The translations under genes were made by a program, and so were the position numbers. From the IMG/VR virus record IMGVR_UViG_3300048836_000712, positions 1 to 61,711 of that record: DNA of 61,711 nt; one strand, 5' to 3'. The stretch comes from a virus. Its lineage: Duplodnaviria; Caudoviricetes. A model generated the notes under the pieces. It did not search any database. It saw only the letters and a list, made by a program, of their open reading frames with translations, and was not told the DNA's origin. Below, piece after piece: positions 1-7,424 of this stretch. Position 1 is the stretch's first letter; the number at the start of each line of letters is the position of its first letter.

Positions 1-1
1 T

Positions 2-1036
2 GTCGATTCTTATGTTCTTCCAATCGAATTCGAGTCCGTCCACGAATGGCTGGCGACCTTGCATAAGTGGGCGATGAAGTTTTCGCTTCCACTGCTTCGA
101 GGCTTCGTTGAAGTATGGAACGGTGATGACAATGACGCTGCCGAGTTTATTCGGCTGACTCAGACTTGGGGCGGGGTTGGAGATGTGTCGTATCCGCTAC
201 ATCCGCTCGTCTTCAATCTTCAGTACAACGTGTATTCGTCTACTCGTGCAGCACTTGAGGCGTTGTTGATGCCTGATTTCGTTATTGCAACGAATGAACC
301 TTGGCCGCTTTCAAGTGCAATGACAGCAGGCAAGGACAAGCGGAAGTTACAAAGCAGTCTCAACACTGCTGACGTTAAGGACGACAAGGATCGCCAGCAT
401 ACCGTCACACATCGCCCTGACGCACACCGGATTGTCCAAACACCGGGGCAATGGTGTGTAATTCCCGCAGGATCAGAAACTCCGTTTGTCCCAATCAAAC
501 AGACGGGGCTGATTCGAGTTGCGATGCTGATTGATCGCAGCCCGAGTGTATTCACCCCACTTGAGTTAAGTCGGTTTACTGGGGCTAGTTCACTAGGGGC
601 AGGTATTGGTCGTCACGCCATTCAAAGTGAAGATGGCAGCGTGTCTGCAATAAGCAAGCCGCAGCCTCAAGACAATAGGCAACAAAGAGAAGACGCTGAA
701 AACGAGTTGCGAGAATTGGCCGAAGAGCGAGCCAAGGCCAAAAGAAGTGGCGACAATGCTACCCTTGATCGAGTGAATCAACAGATTCGGGCGGTCTCGG
801 AGACGTTTCACGTCACAAAGGATTACAAGGTCAAACCGCAACGTGCGTTTCGTGACGAGGGATGGAAGAAGGCTCAAGACACCGTTTCCAAGACGATTCG
901 ACAGTTCTGGGATGAACTTGACGACAAAGGTTGGTCGCCTCTTCGAGCAGAGCTTGAGAAGCAGATCAAGCTTCCAACTCTCTCATTTAGTCCCGAGGAT
1001 GGCTTTGTGCCTTGGGAAGTGTGCCGCATTACCTAG
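2..1036 (+). CDS. Hypothetical protein, 5'-truncated by the window; helical C-terminus resembling regulator tails
   Basis: Frame is open from position 2. The C-terminal ELRELAEERAKAKRSGDNATLDRV...VSKTIRQF segment is helical. Confidence 0.55.
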   Translation, partial: VDSYVLPIEFESVHEWLATLHKWAMKFSLPLLRGFVEVWNGDDNDAAEFIRLTQTWGGVGDVSYPLHPLVFNLQYNVYSSTRAALEALLMPDFVIATNEPWPLSSAMTAGKDKRKLQSSLNTADVKDDKDRQHTVTHRPDAHRIVQTPGQWCVIPAGSETPFVPIKQTGLIRVAMLIDRSPSVFTPLELSRFTGASSLGAGIGRHAIQSEDGSVSAISKPQPQDNRQQREDAENELRELAEERAKAKRSGDNATLDRVNQQIRAVSETFHVTKDYKVKPQRAFRDEGWKKAQDTVSKTIRQFWDELDDKGWSPLRAELEKQIKLPTLSFSPEDGFVPWEVCRIT

Positions 1037-1099
1037 CAGATATACGGTAAGGCACCTGCTACTTGCTCCAGTTTTCGACCTTAAAACTGGGAGCCACAA

Positions 1100-1594
1100 A
1101 TGTCTCGCAACGCCGTCCACGTCATTGCCCGCTTTTGGGTCGTGGCATACTTCTTCGCCCTTGTCCCATTTGGCCTGCCCGCCGTTCTCGCAGGAGTCCT
1201 GACTCTGCCGTTTCTTGCAGGCGTTGCTCTCCTCGTAGCGCTCGGCTTCAACTTCGCCCAATGGCTCGGCCACCGTGCCCTCTTCGGCGGCACGAAAGAG
1301 TACGAGGAGCTTCGGACCAACGGACAAGACGCATGGTTCGACGTGTCGTGCCCGTGGCCCTTTCGCTCCGAATCCGAGCAGGATGGGCTGGCTGCTCACG
1401 ACGATCCAGCGGTTCGGTGGTTCTGCAACAACTGCCGCAGTGAGACCCACGATCTCGATGCTCCATGCTGGGCCTGCGGATACGAGCAGTATGAGTGTCG
1501 TGTCTGCGGCTCCCCGGTGAAGGATGTCATTCGGCGCGTTAAAACCAGCCAGGCATCGGCGGGTTCGATCCAGCCGGTGGTGATGATTGTATGA
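1100..1594 (+). CDS. Membrane protein with Cys-rich Zn-ribbon; 3' end probably replaced by IS21 sequence after 1524
   Basis: Hydrophobic N-terminus, CNNC/CWAC/CRVC motifs, and an IS terminus beginning at 1525. Confidence 0.55.
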   Translation: MSRNAVHVIARFWVVAYFFALVPFGLPAVLAGVLTLPFLAGVALLVALGFNFAQWLGHRALFGGTKEYEELRTNGQDAWFDVSCPWPFRSESEQDGLAAHDDPAVRWFCNNCRSETHDLDAPCWACGYEQYECRVCGSPVKDVIRRVKTSQASAGSIQPVVMIV

Positions 1595-1879
1595 TCGCTA
1601 CCAGCGTTACGATTCGCAAGATGCGTCCCTGGATTCGGGAACTAATTTGCCGTGGCGTGCGCCGCCGGACCCGGTCGGCGCATTGGCTGGTTTTGAATCT
1701 TCTGGCGCCGATTCCGTAGGCGCGTGCTTGTTGCGCAGGCGGTAACTCTGGCCAGTGATGGCGATGATCTCGGCATGGTGCAGGAAGCGGTCGAGAATCG
1801 CCGTGGCGCTGGGAACGTCGCCAATCAGCTTGCCCCAGTCTTCCAGCGGCCGGTTGCTCGTCATCATCGTCGAGCGCGT
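1525..1879 (-). mobile_element. IS21-family remnant (right end plus istB 3' fragment)
   Basis: Terminus-like TGTCATTCGGCGCGTTAAAACCAGCCA at 1525, followed by IstB C-terminal sequence. Confidence 0.75.
1607..1879 (-). pseudogene. istB: IstB ATPase C-terminal fragment
   Basis: TRSTMMTSNRPLEDWGKLIGDVPSATAILDRFLHHAEIIAITGQSYR is the typical IstB C-terminal motif; the N-terminus is missing. Confidence 0.85.
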
Positions 1880-2332
1880 TGGCATTGCGTTGAAGTCTTG
1901 GACCTATCCGGTGTGGAAGGCGAGTGCCAACGGTGCGGGCGGGCAATCCGATACGTCCACCGGATGGGCAACGACAAAGACCCCCGCAAGCTTTCGGTGG
2001 GTGGTTGTTGTGCAAAGAAGCTTTCCCCGGACCATGACGCCGAAGGGTTTGAACGGGACTTGTCCAATCGTGCGAAACGCCGAAGCCACTTCCCCACGTT
2101 GCTTGGGTGGCGTGAATCCTTGAAGGGCAATGATTGCATCACGCTTCCCAACATCAACGCAACGGTAACGGTGTTTCGTTCCCGCTTCGGTGAAGGGTTC
2201 GGTTGGTGCATTGTGATTGATGACGAAGAAGGCGAAGACACCACCAAGTTGTTTTCGGAAGACACCTTCACCACGAAGAAGGAAGCCAAGCTATCCGCTT
2301 GGGATGCGTTGGCCGAAAGGTTTGATTGGTGA
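1880..2332 (+). pseudogene. 5'-truncated Cys/His-rich hypothetical protein
   Basis: WHCVEVLDL...CQRCGRAIRYVHRM...VGGCCA abuts the istB fragment and has no start codon of its own. Confidence 0.55.
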
Positions 2333-2472
2333 CGCCCGCCCTAATGTTCGTGGCGGATAGTCACCACCCACCCCCGCCCCCCGGTGTCTAGGTTCTTTCT
2401 CCCCGATTATTCGTGAAGGGTTGGGCGGAACCAGCAAATTGGCCATGAAACAGACTCACCAAGGATGAAAAA

Positions 2473-3141
2473 ATGAAGCCCCAAGAAATCCAAGCCCAAT
2501 GGTTGAAGTGGTACGCCGCCGCGTTGGGATACTTCCAAGACTTGCACCCCGAAGGCTTACGCAAGGACCGTGGCGGAAATCTCATTCGTGAAAAAATCGA
2601 CCGGGCGGAAGACGGTTGGATAAAGCCCGAACTAGGCAAGTGGTTCCAAGAAGACTTTGGAACGCCCTTCACCGAAACCCACCGCCAAGCCTTCGCCAAA
2701 CAAGCCAAGGCAATGCAAGCCGCCGGACTTATCGAAGTGGAAACCACGGACCGGGGACGGCGGATTGCGTGGCTTCGGTTGACCACCAAGGGCTTGAAGC
2801 TTGCCCCGCAGGTAACGAAGAAGCCACCACGCCCGCCGCTTGGGATGGAAGACCTTGATTGGGCGGAAGCCAAGCTTCGTGAAACCATCGCCACTTGCAA
2901 CGCCACTCTTGCGAAGTTGCCCGAACACTTCCAAGCCCCGGCGGGTGAAGCCCGCTTCCTTGCCGAACACAACGCAACGAAACACAAAGACCGCCGCCAA
3001 CACTTGCAACGTTGCATTGAAGAAGCCCAAGCCAAGTTGCCCTTGGTGGCGGAAGGCAAGCAACGAATCATGCGCAGGGAAGACCCGTCCGCCGTGGTCA
3101 ACGCCACGCTTACCAAGGTCTTCCCTTCCCCAAAGAAGTAG
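2473..3141 (+). CDS. Hypothetical protein, possible winged-helix DNA-binding region
   Basis: ATG with AAGGATG upstream; AMQAAGLIEVETTDRGRRIAWLRLTTKG resembles a wHTH wing. Confidence 0.6.
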   Translation: MKPQEIQAQWLKWYAAALGYFQDLHPEGLRKDRGGNLIREKIDRAEDGWIKPELGKWFQEDFGTPFTETHRQAFAKQAKAMQAAGLIEVETTDRGRRIAWLRLTTKGLKLAPQVTKKPPRPPLGMEDLDWAEAKLRETIATCNATLAKLPEHFQAPAGEARFLAEHNATKHKDRRQHLQRCIEEAQAKLPLVAEGKQRIMRREDPSAVVNATLTKVFPSPKK

Positions 3142-3187
3142 CGTGGACGTGGACGAAGGGCGTGAGCCCGAAGTTCACGGTCCACGC
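3141..3187. repeat. Hairpin with GAA/GAA internal loop (copy 1)
   Basis: GCGTGGACGTGGAC-GAA-GGGC-GTGA-GCCC-GAA-GTTCACGGTCCACGC. Confidence 0.75.
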
Positions 3188-3219
3188 GAATAGGGGGCAA
3201 AGAATTTTTCCGGTAGGAC

Positions 3220-3284
3220 TTGATCGGTTAGTGTGCAAACACTAGCATAGTGGTGGAACACTAATAAAAGGTGTCGGGACACTA
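3220..3284 (+). promoter_or_regulatory. Sigma70-like promoter overlapped by three 16-bp palindromic operators
   Basis: TTGATC(3220)-N17-TAGCAT(3243). TAGTG-N6-CACTA at 3229 and 3248; AGGTG-N6-CACTA at 3269. Confidence 0.65.
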
Positions 3285-3303
3285 GCGGCCAAGGGGACCA
3301 CCA

Positions 3304-3822
3304 ATGAAACGAATCGGACTATCGGCCAAGCGTTACCTTCAATACATGCGGGGCCGCATGAACCCCGCTCTTGTTCCCGATACGGAACCCAAAAGCACCG
3401 AAGCCACCGCCGGGGAATTGCGGGTCCGTGGATACGCCGCCACGGCGGACAAGTTGAAAACTCTTGTTCGTTCCGGGGTATTGGATTCGTCCACGTCCGA
3501 AGGCAAGCAAGCCGCGTGGACTCGGGAACGCATCGAAGCCGCCGCCGGGATTTTTGAAGCCCGCCAAGACTTCACCACGCAAGCCGCGTTCTATGCCGAA
3601 TACGGTTTGACCATGACGGACTTCGTGGACGCATTGGAAGCCGCCTTTGCCGCCGCCATCGACGAATACGGCAACGCCGCCTTGGTGGTCCTTTCGCCTT
3701 CCGCCAACGAAGACTTCTTTTGCATGACGATTGAACCCGCCTTCCGTAACGAACCCGCCGCCATTTCCTTTGCCCTTGCCCCCAAGGTCCGCAAGGAAAT
3801 TGAAAAGAAGGGCCGCAAGTAA
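3304..3822 (+). CDS. Conserved pre-capsid protein (homolog of 47121-47726)
   Basis: PKSTEATAGELRVRG, WTRERIEAAA and TIEPA align by eye with the element B gene. Confidence 0.75.
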   Translation: MKRIGLSAKRYLQYMRGRMNPALVPDTEPKSTEATAGELRVRGYAATADKLKTLVRSGVLDSSTSEGKQAAWTRERIEAAAGIFEARQDFTTQAAFYAEYGLTMTDFVDALEAAFAAAIDEYGNAALVVLSPSANEDFFCMTIEPAFRNEPAAISFALAPKVRKEIEKKGRK

Positions 3823-3865
3823 CGCCGCCCAGCACAACGGACACAAGCCATGAAAGGAAGCAACC

Positions 3866-5818
3866 ATGACCACCGCCGCCCCAACGCTGCCCGAGGAATT
3901 GACCCTTTCCGCCCCCTTCGTCTTGGACCTTGAAGCCAAGGCAGCGGGGGACGGTAAGCCCCGGTTTTCCCTTGTGGCGAATTCGGGAACGGAACCAATG
4001 AAGGTGGCGGGCTTCTTTGACCCGGTGGTAATTGACCTTGCCGGGGCAACCTTTGATCGGCAACCAACCCCGGTCATTGCGGACCATGACACCACCAAGC
4101 GGATTGGTCACACAACGAAGCAAGCGGTAACGTCCAACGGAATCATGGCGGAAGGGGTGGTGTCTTCCACTTCTCCCGAAGCCACTTCCTTTGTGGCGGA
4201 CGCCAAGGCGGGCTTCCCCTTCCAAGTATCGGTTGGGGCAGCGGTTCAAGAAGCGGTGTTCGTCCCCAAAGGACAATCCGCAACGGTCAACGGTAAGACC
4301 TTCAACGGTCCCATCATCGTTGCCAAGAAGACGTTGATTCGTGAATTGAGCGTAACGGTTTTGGGGGCGGACAAGAACACTTCCGCTTTGGTTGCCCAAG
4401 CCAATAAAAACCACTTTCAAAAAGGGAAGACTATGTCCACCACAACCACCACAAATGACCATGACACCATCCTTGCCGCCGAACGGGAACGGGTGGGATT
4501 GATTGACCAAGCCTTCACCGGGCTTGCGAGGGCCAAGCATGTTGCCGCCCAAGTTGCGGACCTTCGGGCCAAAGCCATGAAGGGCGAAGTTGACGTTGCG
4601 GACTTGCCCGAACGGATTGCGAAGCTTTCCAAGTTGGAAGGTCTTTACGCTGCCCTGCCGGGACAAACGCCGGGAACGGCAATCCATATCCGCCCCGGCA
4701 ACATTCCCAACAACCAAGCGGTGTTGGAAGCCGCCGTTGCTGGTTACGCTTGCGGGTCCAACATCGACCTTGAAGCCACCTATGGCGAAGCCACCGCCGA
4801 AGCCTCAAAGCGGTTGGGTGTCACTTGCCTTATGGACGTGGCAAAGCTTGCGGTTCAAGCAACGGGGCAAGTGTTGGATTGGCGAAACAAAGACCAAGTG
4901 ATTCGGGCTTCGTTTTCGACCGCCGATCTTGGCAACATCTTGTCCAACGTGGCAGGCAAAAGCTTGGAGCAAGCGTATCGGGCGTTCCCGTCCGCCGCCC
5001 GTATCGTGGCGAAGAAGCTGGACGCCGACAATTTCAAGGCCCATACGGGGCTTCGCCTCACCGGTGACGTTGCCTTCCAAAAGGTTGCGAAGGACGGGGA
5101 AATCAAGCATGGCAGTTTGTCGGATTCGGCCTATACCTACCGGGTTGAAACCTTCGCCCGCATGTTGGGCTTGGACCGTCAAACCTTGATTGATGACGAC
5201 ACAAGCAGTTTGGATGATTTGCCCCGCATGTTCGGACGTGGGGCAGCGTTGGCGGTTGAAGAAGTGTTTTGGACGTTGGTTCTTGCCAACACCGGAAGCT
5301 TCTTCCACGCGAACAACAAGAACCTAATTACCGGTGCAACATCGGTCTTGGGTGCAACGGGCTTGGGTCTTGGTGTCCAAAAGTTTTTGGAGCAAACGGA
5401 CGCCAACGGAAAGCCAATCGGCGTGGTCCCGAAGTGGTTGGTTGTTGGTCCGCCTAACAAAGTTACCGCCGATGAATTGTTTGTGTCCCGTACCTTCAAC
5501 GTGGGCGGTGGTTCCACCACGGCAAGCGACAAGGTCACCACGGCAAACGCCTTCTTCGGGCTTTATCAACCGGTGGTGTCGCCTTGGATTGCTTCCGCCG
5601 GTGGCATCGCGGGGGCTTCGGATACTTGTTGGTATCTGTTTGGCGACCCCCGGGACGTTGCCGCCTTCGGGTTGGCTTACTTGAACGGGTCCGAAGCCCC
5701 AACGATTGAACAAGTGGACCAACCCGCCAACAAGCTTGGCGTTCAATGGCGGGCATATCTCGATTTCGGTGCTTGCCAGATTGACCATAGGGGGGCGGTA
5801 CGTTCCGCCGGTGCATAG
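3866..5818 (+). CDS. Prohead protease-major capsid fusion (Mu gpT-like capsid)
   Basis: IADHD, FQVSVGA and ELSVTVLGAD protease motifs; GEIKHG and DFGA...DHRGAVRSAGA capsid motifs; collinear with the two other copies in the window. Confidence 0.9.
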   Translation: MTTAAPTLPEELTLSAPFVLDLEAKAAGDGKPRFSLVANSGTEPMKVAGFFDPVVIDLAGATFDRQPTPVIADHDTTKRIGHTTKQAVTSNGIMAEGVVSSTSPEATSFVADAKAGFPFQVSVGAAVQEAVFVPKGQSATVNGKTFNGPIIVAKKTLIRELSVTVLGADKNTSALVAQANKNHFQKGKTMSTTTTTNDHDTILAAERERVGLIDQAFTGLARAKHVAAQVADLRAKAMKGEVDVADLPERIAKLSKLEGLYAALPGQTPGTAIHIRPGNIPNNQAVLEAAVAGYACGSNIDLEATYGEATAEASKRLGVTCLMDVAKLAVQATGQVLDWRNKDQVIRASFSTADLGNILSNVAGKSLEQAYRAFPSAARIVAKKLDADNFKAHTGLRLTGDVAFQKVAKDGEIKHGSLSDSAYTYRVETFARMLGLDRQTLIDDDTSSLDDLPRMFGRGAALAVEEVFWTLVLANTGSFFHANNKNLITGATSVLGATGLGLGVQKFLEQTDANGKPIGVVPKWLVVGPPNKVTADELFVSRTFNVGGGSTTASDKVTTANAFFGLYQPVVSPWIASAGGIAGASDTCWYLFGDPRDVAAFGLAYLNGSEAPTIEQVDQPANKLGVQWRAYLDFGACQIDHRGAVRSAGA

Positions 5819-5940
5819 TTCAACGGGTGTCGGCAACACCCGCACGCTTGGCCCACGCCCGGGAATCATGGTCCCGGGTATGGGGCAACGCCAAGTGTGG
5901 TCTTGGCCCCGTCCTTCACCAACGGGGCCGGGGACGAAGA

Positions 5941-5986
5941 AGCCACCGGGGGAAACTTACAACTCCGCCCCCGGTGGCTTTCTTTC
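5941..5986 (+). terminator. Rho-independent terminator after the capsid gene
   Basis: AGCCACCGGGGG...CCCCCGGTGGCT 12-bp stem followed by TTCTTTC. Confidence 0.65.
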
Positions 5987-6007
5987 ATTCGCAACAAGGA
6001 CGAAGCC

Positions 6008-6220
6008 GTGTTGTTCCAATACATACGCAAGCCACGGAAGCCCACGCCCCAAGACACCGGGGCTTACTTGCCCACGCCCGAAGAAATCGCCACCACTTGC
6101 CGGGAAATCCAAAACGGTTGGACACCCGAAACGGAAGAAGACCGCCGGACGATTGCCCACAAGCCTTGGTTCGCCCCAATGGTTGCCGTGGAAGCCTTGC
6201 CCGAAGACGTGGACGAATGA
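6008..6220 (+). CDS. Small YLPT-motif protein (homolog of 42460-42693)
   Basis: GTG start after AAGGA, downstream of the terminator; YLPTPEEIATTCREIQNGW. Confidence 0.6.
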   Translation: MLFQYIRKPRKPTPQDTGAYLPTPEEIATTCREIQNGWTPETEEDRRTIAHKPWFAPMVAVEALPEDVDE

Positions 6221-6243
6221 AGCTAATAAAAACCACCAAAAGG

Positions 6244-6918
6244 TCATGCCGGGTAATCGGCAAGGAAACGCCCAACGTATTTGTGGGCGTCTTGAACGTC
6301 CGCCACGTTCACCTTGGCGAAGTTGCCGTGGGCAGCATCGTTGCGAACGTCCCCAATAGATTGAATCCGCCGCCACGCTGGTTTGTCGTAAACGGTTGCA
6401 CCATGCAAAGCATCGTTGTATTTCGCAAGGTTGCCGTTGCCGGTTACAGTCTTTCCATGTTTGGTGCAAAGCTTCTCCAAGTGGTCTTCCAAAACGCCAC
6501 CAATCAAAACCATTGCGGCAACGTGATAGCCTTGGTCCAAAAGGGACTTGGCTTGTTGCAAGAAATCGTCATGGATGTTTGCCCGAAGGCGGGCTTCCAA
6601 CGAAACAAGCAAGCCCCTATCCACCGCATCCCGCAAAGCCTTCAATGTTCCAAGAATCGAAGGGAGTGCGGTATTGCTATACCCCGGGACGCTAATCCTA
6701 TTTGCGTTGTCCAACTTAGGCAGCAATCGGAAGTATTGGCTTTGCTCACCCGCAATTCGTTCAACGATTGCGAAAGCTTGGGCTGCCAGTGTGCGAAATT
6801 CATGCTCTGGCAAATCCGAGTAATATGCTCCCATATCCATCTTGAAGGATTGGTCCAACCGGTTGCCTTCGGCAATAAGCCCGTCCAATTCCGCCAGCAA
6901 GTCCGCTTCGATACTCAT
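6244..6918 (-). CDS. HEPN/DUF4145-like protein, candidate defence cargo
   Basis: AAMVLIGGVLEDHL and the RxxxxH motif RNDAAH. Confidence 0.7.
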   Translation of the reverse strand: MSIEADLLAELDGLIAEGNRLDQSFKMDMGAYYSDLPEHEFRTLAAQAFAIVERIAGEQSQYFRLLPKLDNANRISVPGYSNTALPSILGTLKALRDAVDRGLLVSLEARLRANIHDDFLQQAKSLLDQGYHVAAMVLIGGVLEDHLEKLCTKHGKTVTGNGNLAKYNDALHGATVYDKPAWRRIQSIGDVRNDAAHGNFAKVNVADVQDAHKYVGRFLADYPA

Positions 6919-6940
6919 GGATTCATCCCCAAAGAATTCG

Positions 6941-6993
6941 TGTTATGGACAAATGGACGAAGGGCGAAGCCCGAAGTCCATTTGTCCATAACA
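6941..6993. repeat. Hairpin with GAA/GAA internal loop (copy 2), 18-bp perfect outer stem
   Basis: TGTTATGGACAAATGGAC-GAA-GGGC-GAA-GCCC-GAA-GTCCATTTGTCCATAACA. Confidence 0.8.
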
Positions 6994-7007
6994 TCCCAAA
7001 TAGCGGT

Positions 7008-7298
7008 TCAACCGCACGTCAACTTCTTGTTGATGCTTACCGCCACGTCGGCAAGCGAAACGCTTCGGAAGAACGGGTGGAAGTTTTGCGGTGCAAGGAA
7101 GCCCATGCGACCACCGCCGGTATCCCAAACCGGAACCACGGTTCCCGCGAGTCCCGCCGCCGTCGCACACGCTTGTAGGCTTGCACAAACTTCGTTTTGC
7201 TCATGGTTGGTCTTGTGGCCGAATGAAGAAGCCACGAAGACAATAATCAAATCAACGCCTTGTTCCTTAACGTGGGCAACATCGAATGTCGTGGACAC
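7008..7298 (-). CDS. Small hypothetical protein
   Basis: GTG start with GGAGG RBS; globular 96-aa ORF. Confidence 0.6.
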   Translation of the reverse strand: MSTTFDVAHVKEQGVDLIIVFVASSFGHKTNHEQNEVCASLQACATAAGLAGTVVPVWDTGGGRMGFLAPQNFHPFFRSVSLADVAVSINKKLTCG

Positions 7299-7424
7299 CT
7301 TGGGTTCCTCCCTACGGATGACTTGGGACGCCGAAACGGATAAGATAGACGGACCGCCCAAGGTGCTGGAAACACCAGGGGCGGTCCTAACCACAACACC
7401 CCTTTGTTAAGGAAAGGGAACGTC

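Noticed and set aside
1866-1875. GCTCGACGAT (minus strand) in istB, matching the terL attB core, as A's left att
   Set aside because: IstB similarity continues past the GAC to ~1879, so the break is not at the core; probably coincidence.
3866-5818. Encapsulin nanocompartment interpretation of the stand-alone capsid genes
   Set aside because: They are protease-fused, collinear with the prophage capsid, and lie in integrase-bearing islands with no encapsulin cargo enzymes.
6941-6993. Integron attC site
   Set aside because: GTT and AAC are in the wrong order (GTTA...TAAC), there are no extrahelical bases, and no integron integrase is present.
5827-7410. 527-aa plus-strand ORF, and similar long antisense ORFs (27725-29365, 32058-33509, 51959-53974)
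   Set aside because: They overlap better-supported genes and lack motifs; such shadow ORFs are typical of high-GC DNA.
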